64,000 nucleotides of DNA from Macrostomum lignano (lineage: Eukaryota), in contig NIVC01002844.1 of assembly GCA_002269645.1 (NCBI GenBank), forward strand, positions 23,589-87,588, given 5' to 3'. The notes below the pieces were generated by a model. The model was not told the DNA's origin. It made no database searches and was given only the letters and a program-made list of their open reading frames with translations. Shown piece after piece: positions 11,039-22,372 of this stretch; position 1 is the first letter of the stretch; the number at the start of each line of letters is the position of its first letter. Made by a program: the position numbers and the translations under genes.

Positions 11039-12651
11039 GGCTGCAGCAGGAGCTGCTTTCGCTGCAGCTTGATTGAGCTGATGTACTTTATATACATTGA
11101 GCTTTCTGGTGAGGGATGCCATTGGCTTGCAGGGCCAGAGTATTTTTAGAAGTGGCAGTACTGTATTGCAGAAATATTCTCTAGAACAATATTGTCCGTC
11201 AAATACGAGTAGTTTTAACATTTCGAGCTTCACAAACCTTTCTCAAAGTTTTTTATCAAAAGGTCGGTTCACGACGGAGCTGTGAATTTTGTGAGCAATT
11301 TTCACGCTGTAAAAATTATGTTTTAGAGGTTTAAAAAGCTTTAAAAATTAATATTTTCGGATTAGTGATCCATTTTAATCGTTAAAACCTTTGAAAATTT
11401 GAATATGATTATGAAGAACTTAATGAGTAACTGAGACTCAGGCTAAGAGTTGCCATGCCAACTGAAAATTTCGGCTTTTTTTAAAAGATCGGGAGTTAAG
11501 AAATTTAGTCAAAAATAGCAGGTTACGAGCAGAAAGAAGCATCATTCATCTCATTGTTTGATTTGCAAGCGACTTGCTTGCCGAGTTTTTACCCCCAGCT
11601 CAGCAGCTGACTGGCTCCAGAAGAGACTTCCTTCCCCTGCAGCAGCCTTTGCCCACGCGTTAAAAAACTTCAACAATGCAGCACATGCGGCAGCAAAAAC
11701 TGAAGCGGCTGCTATTGCAGGCATATTGATATTTTTAGCGTTTCTCCAATCAAAAGTGCGGCTAAGGCTTCTTACTACAGAGGTACTATGACGAAATTTT
11801 GCTTGATTCGCCATTCAATCCAGCTATTTGTGGGAGAGCGTGCAGTACCAGCTTCCATAATGCTTGTATCATTTTCTCATGAGCTTCCATCATCTAATTT
11901 CATGGCTCTGCATGGCTCGTACAGTCTTAAACAAGCACAAGATTCGATAGAAAATGAGCCGCTGTATGCACCAGGGAATATATTAGTTTTTGCAAAGTTA
12001 TTGCAAAAAAGAATAGAACCAATATCAGTAGCGGCTACTCCAAGCTCAAAGTTACTGGCGTTGGCTCTGGCTATAAAATTACTTAAAGAAAAGAGAATCA
12101 CGTCTGCTCATAATTTTTTTAAAATTATGATCGAGATTGAGACTGAGATCGATTTCATATTCTGCACGGAAATGTTTGCATTCTAATTTCTATATTAGTC
12201 ATTGTCAGTGCAGTGATGAATTACAGAATTTTAATTCATTTGATTTTTCTGGTAGAAACTGCAAGCAGAAATCATGAACAAATTTCTTACTCAGCGTTAC
12301 TCAGCGTTGAATCAGTGAGTGGGAACGACTCCAGAGTAGCTCTAGCCTCTAGGCGGCAAGTTTCACGGTACGTGCCAAAACCTACTGACGAAAATGCTTG
12401 CCAATCATGGAAACGTAGCTTTGCAGCAGAGTTGCACGAAAAGTTTACTTAAAAACTCACTGAGCGAGCATTTTCAACTCGAGCGCGGTGAGATAAGCTG
12501 GGATTTAACTGATAACGCTCCATATTCAAAGAAACAATTATCTGTATTTTAGCGACGTGCAACAATGGGCCTTAGATCAGAGCTTCAGCGCGGCTCGCAT
12601 GTCAAGTTCCCATGGTGGCTGCGTGACCGTACCGCCCACCGCCGCTGCTGA

Positions 12652-12656
12652 TATAA
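12652..12656 (+). promoter_or_regulatory. Candidate TATA box of the serine protease gene
   Basis: gaTATAAgg lies about 80 bp upstream of the ATG at 12732. Confidence 0.45.
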
Positions 12657-12731
12657 GGCTGCTGGGTTAAGCAGCAACCCGGGATAAGAACCTTCTCTCC
12701 TGAATTCTGTCCTACCAGCGAGCCCGAAGTC

Positions 12732-13643
12732 ATGAAGTTCCTAGTGCTCTTCGCCTGCTTGAGCGTCGCGAACGCCTACGACAGGCTCATCATCGACGGT
12801 GTGGAGGCCAGCACTGGCCAGCACCCGGACCTTGTCAGCCTTCAGCGCAACGGCAACCACTTCTGTGGCGGCACCCTGTACGACAAGAGGACCGTTGTCA
12901 CCGCTGCTCACTGCTTCTATGGCAACAGCGGCACCTTCGGACTGGCTGTTGTGGCCGGCGAGAATGACCTGACTCTGTCCAACAGCGCCAACAGGCGCTC
13001 CTACCGCGTCAGCCGCGTCATCATCCACCCGGACTACCGCAGCTCCTACCACTACGTCCAGGGCGATGACATCGCCATCCTGAAGCTGAGCTCCGATGCC
13101 GACCTCGGTACGGCCACCATCAAGGCCGGTGATTTCGAGGACGCTGTAAGCCAACCTCGGATGCGCTTATTTTTCCTTCTGTACTTTAGCATTGCGCAAA
13201 ACAATAACAATAACAACAATAACAAAATAATGAGGAAGCTAGCAGTGTCTGATGAAACTCACAAACACCTCCTCTAGGGTGTGGACATCCCGCCGGCGGG
13301 AAGCAGCTGCAAGGTGGCCGGCTGGGGCGCTATCGACCCGTCCGGCAGGTACGCCCACACCCGCAAGATGATCGGCGGTGTGTCCTCCATCACCAACAAT
13401 GACTGCGCCCGCGTCTTCAACCGCGTGCTGGGCAACACCAAGCAGGTGTGCGCTGGCGGCGGCACCACCACCAACGCCTGCCGTGGCGACTCCGGCGGCC
13501 CGCTGTACTGCACCTACAATGGCAAGACCAGGCAGGTCGGTATCGTGTCCTATGGACGCGTGCCCTGCGGCCAGGTCGGAATCCCCACCGTGTACACCCG
13601 CGTGGCCACCTACAGGCGCTTCATCGACCAGTACTCTGGCTAA
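12732..13643 (+). CDS. Secreted S1A (trypsin/chymotrypsin fold) serine protease, 2 exons
   Basis: Exons 12732-13145 (gct|gtaagc) and 13278-13643 (cctctag|ggt), phase 0. Signal peptide, IIDG N-terminus, catalytic TAAHC, DIAILKL and GDSGGP, eight canonical Cys. AATAAA at 13680-13685. Confidence 0.95.
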
Positions 13644-14434
13644 GCCCAGTCTCGTCTCTGGCAACAGTTTGCAAACAGAAATAAAAATTTGACGAGGTGC
13701 TTTTCAACATTGAAAAACATGGGAAACAACGAAGCGATGATTCTACATATTTATTGTTTTTGCTCTGTTTTAATTTAACTTCTAAGCTCATCAAATGCGA
13801 ACTGGCAACAGGCGAGAATTCACACCAAGGCAACGAGTAAAATTGGTGCTAGTGAAAAATAAGAAAAACTATATGAGTGCTTAAAGTTTTTAGCATACTG
13901 ACTTAAGAATAACGAAATGAGACAATTAGTTTCTTCTTTTAGAAATTTTCTCACTGCTACGTCTGGCGCATTGAAGCAGAGAGAGGAGAGAGAATCAATA
14001 ACAACTCACTGTCCAGACAGTCTCCAATGGACGGCATTGGTTAGTCCCGGCAGAAATTTGATGCCGAAAAGACAGGGTCGGAGGTGCTTCTGACAGGGCG
14101 TGAGCGCGGCCACCCAGTACCCACCCTCCCGCAAAATGGATTTGCTTTTTTTGCTATTCAGCCTTACTAAGACATTCCAGCGATGAGTTTAATTCATTTC
14201 AGCCAGAAATTCATTGGGGTGGCGCAGGAGCCGAGTACAGAATCCACAGTTGTGCACTGGGGCGGGGGGTTGCACCGTGCCGAGTATTTTTGAGAGAAAA
14301 GCAAGGGCGTTTGTTTACCCAAACTGCCCGCTCGCGAATTTCGGCTTTTTTCTCTCTCACTATACGCCTATAAGCTAACAAGCTTGACATTGCACAGAGG
14401 AAAGGCAGCAAGTAGAGCAGCGGAGTCTACCATC

Positions 14435-15574
14435 ATGACATCCTCAATCCTGACTTCCAGTCAAAGCGGGATCATCGGCGGAGGCGGTGGGAAGGTGCTG
14501 AAGACGAGGGTCCAAATCCTTGGCCGCTACTTGCTCGAGCCGGGCGAGGAGCTGAGCTCCCAGCTGGCAGCGCAGCTGGCCCACAAAGCCAAGTCCGGCC
14601 GGGCGCGACTGCGGACTCAGCTAAAGCTGTTCAAGACTGGCATTCGACTCGGCGAGGCCGGCGTGTTCAATAGCATGCCGGTGGAGTTTATCGAATTCCG
14701 CAGACTGTCGGACCTGGTATCGCCTGCGCAGCACCCCTCTGTGCTGGTCCTTGGCGTCAAGGACTACCAACAGCGCTGCGCCACTGTAATGCAGTTCAAA
14801 GACGATGTGTGCCTTCGGGTGGTGGTTGACGTCATCAACCGGCACCGGCGACTGCTGGACGAAGACGTGGCGCGAATGTCCGACCTGCACAGCGTCAGCT
14901 CCACGATGCGAGGAAGTGCCGCTGCCGGTAACAGAGAAGGACAGCCGATGAGAAGCAGCGGCAAGCGTGGAGACGGAAATTGGCGTCTGGTTGGCTCAGA
15001 GCCGAGAGAAGTCGCCTCTTCCACCGCTTCCAATTCAATGCTGGATGATGACTATGCCATAATCAGGTCACGAATGAGGGCTTCAGTGGAGACAGAGACA
15101 GCGAATAGCGAGGAAGCGGTGCCGGTTCAGCAGCGCTATGAGCAGTGGCAGCTGCCCCACGCTTCACAGGACGCCTCGCATCATCAGCAGCATCAGCAGC
15201 GCTACCAGAAAAAAACAGCTCAGCCTCACCCTCCTCATCAACAGGTGCTTCGCTACCAACAGCAGCGTCGAGAAATCGTCTCCGTGAACGAAAGCATGGA
15301 CTTTGACGAGGTGGAGACGGCGGCGATATTTGAAACGCCGGACGGACCGCCGACGCTGCTAAACGAGCTGTGCCTGCGCGGGGCATCGAGCATCAGCACC
15401 GGCAACCTCGAAAATGGCAACCATCGAAGCAGCGCCGCTCGAATGTCGCAGCTGCCGCCGGAATTCGTGGCCCGAGCCCGGGTCGACCGGGTGGCTTCAT
15501 CGGTGTCGAGCAGCAGCGGAGGCCGACCAGCGTCTGCTGCCTGGGCACCGCTGGATGATCGGCTGGAAGAATGA
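14435..15574 (+). CDS. Uncharacterised intronless protein, about 379 aa; globular N-terminus (possibly PTB/PH-like) and low-complexity Gln/Ser-rich tail
   Basis: Long GC-rich ORF in AT-rich flanks, ATG in ccatcATG context. Upstream ctaac...ttgcacag acceptor-like site at about 14397. The fold guess is pattern-based only. Confidence 0.6.
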   Translation: MTSSILTSSQSGIIGGGGGKVLKTRVQILGRYLLEPGEELSSQLAAQLAHKAKSGRARLRTQLKLFKTGIRLGEAGVFNSMPVEFIEFRRLSDLVSPAQHPSVLVLGVKDYQQRCATVMQFKDDVCLRVVVDVINRHRRLLDEDVARMSDLHSVSSTMRGSAAAGNREGQPMRSSGKRGDGNWRLVGSEPREVASSTASNSMLDDDYAIIRSRMRASVETETANSEEAVPVQQRYEQWQLPHASQDASHHQQHQQRYQKKTAQPHPPHQQVLRYQQQRREIVSVNESMDFDEVETAAIFETPDGPPTLLNELCLRGASSISTGNLENGNHRSSAARMSQLPPEFVARARVDRVASSVSSSSGGRPASAAWAPLDDRLEE

Positions 15575-16217
15575 CTTACCTGCCCATCTACGGACTCCAT
15601 TAGAATGTAAAGCTGTGACAGCCTTGGACTCGGCATTAATTTTGCACCGCCTCACAGTTGGAATCGCTTGGGCACTTTTTTAACTTGGATCGTCCCCAGG
15701 CATGCTTTTGCCTCATCTATGGAGGAGCAGACTTTTTACTCTGTGCACCCAATTGCCTATTCACGCCAACGATGCGCTCATGACAACAAATCTAGCATTG
15801 TCTCATGCGTCTATCCTACTTTCAGTAGCAAAAAAGTAGTTTCCTGATATGACTAACTAAACAATAAGTTATATTACTACGAGTAACTTTGTGTAAAGTC
15901 CGTAAAGTGACAGATAGAATGCCAAGATAAGTGATCCAGCGTAATATACTGCGGCAGTTTAAAATATTTAATTAATTATGGCTGATTTGTTAACTCTGTA
16001 AATAAGCTGCTAAATAGCAAGTCATGGTACGAAACTTATTAAGTTTGGTTATTTATATCTTCGTGAGAGTATAAATGTGCCAAGGACATGTGCTGTAGTG
16101 TTAATGTAGTCAGATAGTCTTGCTAATGCGCAGTGATAGCAAATGGTGACTATGAATCACAGAGTTTGAAGGCACAGCTATGAGTATGCACAAATCTCAA
16201 GCCCTCGGCCCCTGTAG

Positions 16218-16451
16218 TTAAACCTTCTCTGGTATGACAATGTCCGCTCCATCATCTGCATTCCGCTTCTCCAGCACCGAGTGGTAGATGTTGTACGCAC
16301 AGCACACTGCAACGGAGGCGACAGCAATGACCAGGATCACCAGCAGTGTTATGACGGCAGCCTCGTCAAAGTAGCTGCAGGCCCAGTTAGTGACCCTGCC
16401 GTTGGTGTAGCAGTCTCCTGGGCGAATCTCGCCGACCTTGGTGAATCCCAT
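16218..16451 (-). CDS. Small single-pass membrane protein (77 aa) or terminal exon of one
   Basis: GC-rich island in AT-rich DNA. Segment AAVITLLVILVIAVASVAVCCAY is hydrophobic, preceded by a C-x9-C pair. In-frame ttctacag|cag acceptor at 16467. Confidence 0.6.
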   Translation of the reverse strand: MGFTKVGEIRPGDCYTNGRVTNWACSYFDEAAVITLLVILVIAVASVAVCCAYNIYHSVLEKRNADDGADIVIPEKV

Positions 16452-17446
16452 TGTCCTCGGTCGCTGCTGTAGAAGGCACAGTTGATAATTATAAACTCAA
16501 GTTATCTTCTGGAAGCACGAAGCTGCTTAGAACTAGGCAGGCTCGAAGACATTGAAACTTGCGACTAAGAGCACTCACCCTGCTTGAAATATCAGTTGAG
16601 CCGAGAGTTCGATGCAGAGAAAAATATTTTTTCGGTAAGCCAGGCAGTTACAATTCTGAGATCTGACCCTACGAGTATTTGCATGCGCTCTGCTTGGGGA
16701 AAGCGGCTGACCGACTCGAGTGCGCATTGGGGACTGCTGGACAACTGCAGTTCCTTTAATGTGCGAAGGAGACGGAAAATTCAGCAGGGCGCTCGGCTGC
16801 TATCGATTGACTTCGCTGTGAAATTCGATCAATACGTAGACTGGCTGGCCAGCTCTCACGAGTTCAATGGAAGAAGAATGCTCAAGCTGCTCTACTCGTA
16901 GAGCGCTGCTTATCGGGTCAGACAGACATTCAGCCGGACGTTGATAATCTGAGATTCGCACTTCAAACTTTCTCCTTTGTAGCACTTGCCTACATTATTA
17001 AGCATTCTGTCGCGTGTATTTCTGTAATATTGCCGCCACTGTGATAATATAGTGAATGAGTATTCGGGCAATTCAATGTAAAGGATTTTAATCTGTGAAG
17101 GTTAATTAGAGCAGCATCTTTTCGAAAGTGAATAATCCACTTATAATTTCTGATGACAAAGATTTAAAGTGAGTTTTTCAGAGGCTAAAAACTAAACGTG
17201 CGAACCTCTCACCTCGCTATACTTGATGAAATTCATTGATAAAAGTGCTCCTAAGATTATCGTGAGAGACGAGCGTACGAATAGGTTTTATTTAAAGAAA
17301 TTTTTACTCGGTTCGTTTGATAAACTCCGTGTGACAATTTCTCTGAATAGTGAAATAGGACGCAATGTTTTGTCAGAATTAACAAGCAGTCCGCAGTCAC
17401 AGCATTCCTTTGTGACAGTTCAAAAAAAATCGCCCCATCTGCAGCA

Positions 17447-18682
17447 TTAGCGACCGGCGCTCGGGTCGAAGCCCCAGCAGACCAGCGGCCCAACGTAGGT
17501 GTGCGACCACTCCGTGGCATCGCCGGTGTCGCCCACCCAGACCTCATTCACAGGCAGGTTGGTCTTGTCGTAGATCGTGCCTTCGTCAAAGATGTTCTCA
17601 ACGCGCTCGTTTCTGTCGCAGTTGCAGGTGGCCTGCACCACCGTGTCCACGCCTTCCACGTTCGTGGTGAGGGTGCCACAGCTTCCGGTGGCGTGGCACG
17701 CACAGACGCTTTGGTAGCGCAGACTGTAGGGCTGAGCCCACCCAAGCATCTGCTGCCAACGGTAGTTCACCCACCAGGTAGCCTTGAGTAGGTTTCGTCA
17801 AGGTCTTTGGCTTATTCGATTGTTTTCCTGGTTTTACACTACGTGATTTGATGAATTAAAGAAACATCGCCAGAGTTTTTATCCCTTGAAATCCTCATTT
17901 TTTCTTGTACATTTACCTAGCAATTGTCACGAAAGCAGAATTCACGACGCCAAGACAAAGGCGTTGACTCAACTTACCTGCAGGTAGACGTTGTTCTGAT
18001 AGTGAATACCGGCGTCGTGACACGTGTAGCGCACGAACTGTGAGCAGTTGAGCGACAGCTGGGCCAAGCTGTTCAGCTGCTGAGCGGTGGCGCCGCCCTG
18101 GTAATCGATGTGGATGTGGATGCTGCCGCCTGGCTCGGAGCCGTGCGCGTAGATGCCCGGCAGCGACATGTTCGTTGCTGAAAGTGGGGTTCTCTGTCGT
18201 TTTCGTTCACGCTGGAGCTGACCAAGTGCGGTGATCCAAGAAACAATAAGTATAGAAGCAAATAACTTGGAGCAACTCTCACTGTTCACGATGGAGTAGC
18301 CGAATGCATCAGAACCGGAGAGTCGACAGAAGACGCTGAACGGCTTAATCGGGCCGCTGGGTCCGTCCGGATCGATGGTGGTCGTCATGTCGTAATCGAA
18401 ACCGGAATTTTTCAGGTCCTGGCAGCTGCGTACTGTGTGAGGAAGTTGAGGGGAAGTTTTTGCCGAAAGCGATTCGCATTTTGCTGCGAAAAACTTCGAA
18501 CAAACCTGCGATGCATTCGACGCCTGCGTTGCACTCGCCGGACTCGCTGTTGCTGCCGACGCAGTCGATGGTGAGGTCACCGTAGGCGGTCATGTTGCAC
18601 CGCCTGGTGCGGACGCGCACTCCGCCGGCGCAGGTCTGGGAGCAGTGGCCCCACGCCTGCCAGGACAGCCACTCGCCAGGTA
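17447..18682 (-). CDS. TSP1 repeat + Caspr/neurexin-IV-type fibrinogen-like domain protein, 4 exons found, 5' end not found
   Basis: Exons 18682-18506, 18432-18283, 18177-17978 and 17782-17447 join in frame (phases 1, 1, 0) with GT-AG introns. TSP1 motif W..W..WGHCSQTCAGGVRVRTRRC. Caspr-like SCQDL...IDPDGPSG, CSQFVRYTC, CACHATGSC, CNCD, LPVNEVWVGDT, VGPLVC. Stop at 17447-17449. Confidence 0.8.
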
Positions 18683-19804
18683 CTGCGGGCATGCATTGGG
18701 TTCGTGCCGGGTGCACTCGAGAGTTCTATTGTGAGTAGCCTTTCTCAAGAGTACGAGCATGCTACTTATGGGCAACAAAGCCTACGCTCCCTGCATGATT
18801 AGGTTACAAAGCGCTGCACCCAATGAAAGTAAAATTATCAAAATTTATAACAATAACAACGTATAAATTTGACACGCGAGAGATTGCAAGATTAGGAAGC
18901 AAACTTGTCAAATATCAAGACAGAGATAAATGAAATTGGCGATTGCCGGCTTATCGAAATCCTGAGTTCCTCTCCGAGTGCTGCTGTGTCAATTCAATGC
19001 AGCCGGCTGTCAGCTCACGTAGCAACCTATCCGGTGAGTCCTTATCTAGCTCAATCCTTATATGAGTTCTTACCCGACGAACTGGTGCCTAATTAAGTAT
19101 TTTATTGCCCGACTTTAGAGAGTCAACTGGATGGTCCGACAAAGCACGTTTGATCAAAGATTGCTCAATTATTTACAACATAAGCCACGCATCAGCGATT
19201 TTGCTAAATTTTTAATTTGCCCTCTTCGGAACTGCATGGCCAATGCTGAGAATGCCTTTCCTTTTCAGTTGAAGGCATGTCTAAGAATTTCGCGAATTAA
19301 AAAAAATTAAGAGGCAATTACAGCTGTCAATAAAAAACTAATTTCAGAGAAACAAGAAAGACTTGAAACAGGATCGGACTGTTTGTTTCCACGAAACCAT
19401 GGGAACGACGAGTTTGCCTAGATGAGTGCATTGAGATGCAGCGCTGGGAAACAATTTTATCCAAATATACTAGATTCATAAAGGAACAAACAAAAACTAC
19501 ACTTGCGAGTATTTACAACTTTGGCTTGGGCTTATTGAAACAAAAAAATATGAAAATGAAACGTTCACTGAAAAACTATATGAAATACAACTGGCATGGG
19601 TAACATGCTGTGCATGCTAAGTTATAAGAATGCATGGTAACCTTCAAATTCCAGATCCCAGATCAAATGCAATCTTTGATTTTGTGATGATTTTTTCGCA
19701 AAGTTCGCAGTTTATTGTTTCCAGGAATGCGACCTAAAAATTTACACGATCTTTGAGTTTTACTTTCAAGGCACTCACAAACGACCGTTTTTCTAAACTC
19801 TCTG

Positions 19805-22372
19805 TAGTGAAGAGACCTCATGCTCAACGCTCAACAGTTTCTTCCCCAAATCTCCGACTCAGCAGGGCCCGCCTGACCACACCGTGGGAGGGCAAGGCCT
19901 AGCGAAGTCTATCATCACCAAAAAACGCATTACTATAGAGCGGCAAGGTCCTTCAACTCGTTCAAGGCGCCTGGGCCCGACAGCATCTACCCAGCGTTCT
20001 TGCACGAGGCGGTGAAAAACCACCGCTTCATGGACCTCCGAGCTTGTGTGGAGCTGGGCTATTTACCAGTTGCGTGGAGAGAGGCCCGGGTGGTCTTTAT
20101 CCCCAAGCCTGGAAAGAGCGACTATCAATCGGTGAAGGCCTTCAGGCCAATCAGCCTCACCTCCTTCTACCTTAAGCTCCTCGAACGGCTGGTGCTTTGG
20201 TGCCTACTCTCGGTCGAGCTGAAGCGCTTTCCACTTTCACAGAACCAGCACGCCTTCCGCGCGGGCAGGTCTACCGAGAGTGCCCTTCATATCATCATTG
20301 ACTTCCTGGAGAGGGCCGTTCTTAGCAGCGGCTTTGCCCTCGCTTTTCCTGGACATTGAGGGGGCCTTCGACAACGTCATCTTCGAGGCCTTTTGCAGAG
20401 CCCTGGAATCCAGGGCCACACACCCTCACCTCGTCCGGTGGAGCATGTTCATGATCCGGAACCGCACTGTCGTGGCCCACCTGAACGGCAGCTCTCTTTC
20501 GGCGCCTGTCCAAAAAGGGGCCCCCAGGGCGGGGTCCTCAACCCCGTTCTCTGGAACATGGTCATGGGTGAGTTGCTTTGCAATGATCTTCATGACCCCA
20601 TTCTCAAAGTGGACTACGCCGATGATGTGACCGCGATCTGCGCGGGCCCCTCGGTTGATACCATCAGAGATCTTCTGCAGAGCTTTCTCGGACGAGCGGA
20701 GCGTTGGGCAAACCAATGTGGCCTCAGGCTCTCAGAGTCGAAAACCACAGCGGTCATGTTTACCAACAAACTGCTCTGGACCATTAAGCCCCTCACCCCT
20801 CTATGGAAAAGACATTGCGATGGAGAAGCAGGTCCGCTGGCTGGGCCTCATTCTGGACCACAGGCTTAACTGGACTCCGCGCATTCAAACTAAAGCTAAA
20901 AAAGCCCTGGCTGTCCTGGCTCAGATCAAGCGCGCCGTGGGCACCACCTGGGGGCTCACCCCCAGGAAGCTGTGGTGGATTTACACTGCCATTATCCGCC
21001 CCTCGATCAGTTACGCCAGCCTCGTGTGGGCCAGCGGTCTGAGCGTCATGAGCAACCTCGAAGCTCTCTACAAAATCCAGGGCAGAGCCTGCCGCATGAC
21101 TATGGGCGCTCCACCCTCTGCTCTTTTTCAGGGCATGAATGCCTTCCTCTGTGCCCGTCCTCTGGATATTTATATCAAAGGAGAGGCGGCGAAGAGCACC
21201 CAGCGTCTTCTAGATGCTGGGTGGCCTTCAAGAAAGTGCGGGCTTTCAAAAAGCGGTCGCTTATCCCACACTCTGACCTCTGCTTTAAGACTCGAGCAAT
21301 GTGGCGGGCTCAACATCCTCACGGACTCGATCCCAGCCACCCTTCTCCTGAGCCAAAGGTATAAGGTCACTATTCAGCCTCGAAACGAGGCGAGTGACAG
21401 CTGGAGCGATTCTGAAGTCCACTGTTACACTGACGGCTCTATGAGGCATGGTCTTTCAGGCTTCGGAGCTTGCGGCTTCTTCAAGGGAGAAGTGTTGTGG
21501 AGCTACTCCCAGCACACTGGGCTCAACTCCAGTGTTTTTCAGAGCGAGGTGCTTGCCATCAGCTCCTGCGCGGCAGAGCTGCGCAGAAGGCAGCTCAGCG
21601 GTCGGAAATTTATTTTTCATTCTGACAGCCAAGCAGCCCTTCGGGCCCTCTGCCGCTGCACCACCAGCTCCAGGTCCGTCCTGGAATGCAACACCCAGCT
21701 CAAGGGGCTTGCGCGCTAGGCAACCAGGTAGAGCTCAGGTGGATCCCGGGCCACGCCGGCTTCCTTGGCAACGAGCGCGCCGACATGCTGGCCAAGGCTG
21801 GCTCCGCCGACGCGCTGCTAGGGCCGGGACCGGGGGCCCCCATCCCCCGCCTCGATGATCAACTCCCGTGTTAAGCGCTGGGCTGATTCCGAGTATCTCC
21901 GCAGGTGGCGCGACACCCGGAATTGCAGGCAATCCCGTGATGCCGTCCCCTGGCCCTCCCCCCTCCTGCGTAGAGCCCTCCTCAGGCTCAACCGCAGAGA
22001 CCTCAGAGCAGTGAGCATGGCCCTCTCCGGGCATTGCTGCTTCTCTCGCCACCGCTTCCTTCAGGGCCAAATACCTGAGTAGCGGTGCCCTTTCTGCCGC
22101 TCAGGCAGTGAAAACGCCGAGCACTTTATCTGCCACTGCCTGGTTTTCACAGGGCCAGGCTCACTCACCTCTCTCCTCCAGGTACACGGGACGAGCTGAT
22201 TTCTTCCCCACCGATGGTGAGGAGGACCGCGCTGCAGGCGAGACCGACGGGTCCCCCTGAGCGACATCGCTTCGATGGAAGTCTGGTCGCCAGGGGCTAG
22301 CGGAATGGGTGGTCCCCTCCGCCTCCTCGCTGCATCCGCCGGACGCCCCCTGCAGCTAAGTCAAGTAAGTCG
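19805..22372 (+). mobile_element. 5'-truncated, frameshifted non-LTR retrotransposon with RT, RNase H and C-terminal CCHC (LOA/Lian-like)
   Basis: Fragments across frames: FKAPGPDSIYP, VFIPKPGK..Y..VKAFRPISLTS, FLDIEGAFDNV, PQGGVLNPVLWN, YADD. RNase H: YTDGS, SVFQSEVLAI, SDSQAAL, WIPGHAGFLGNERADMLAK. CPFC...E.AEHF.CHC. Several frameshifts and a stop at 22079. The 3' end has short taagtc repeats. The clade call is from remembered motifs. Confidence 0.9.

Noticed and set aside
10307-11233. 308-aa version of lectin B starting at 11233
   Set aside because: The extension is AT-rich and would bury the signal peptide. The ATG at 11038 matches the length and architecture of paralog A.
11551-12452. 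Short ORFs upstream of lectin B, and ORFs 973-1442 inside the Mx-like intron
   Set aside because: Weak codon bias, no motifs and no splice support.
16584-16985. Overlapping short ORFs in a moderately GC-rich patch
   Set aside because: No recognisable motif, non-ATG starts and no convincing splice pair.
16467-17460. Splicing of the fibrinogen-like last exon onto the small TM exon to make a membrane form
   Set aside because: The only nearby donor before the stop (gcc g|gtcgct) is phase 1, whereas the TM exon acceptors are phase 0.
22280-22320. gcggaatggg shared between the LINE 3' UTR and the SINE 3' part
   Set aside because: The match is only 10 nt and was found post hoc, too short to claim a SINE-LINE partnership without consensus alignments.
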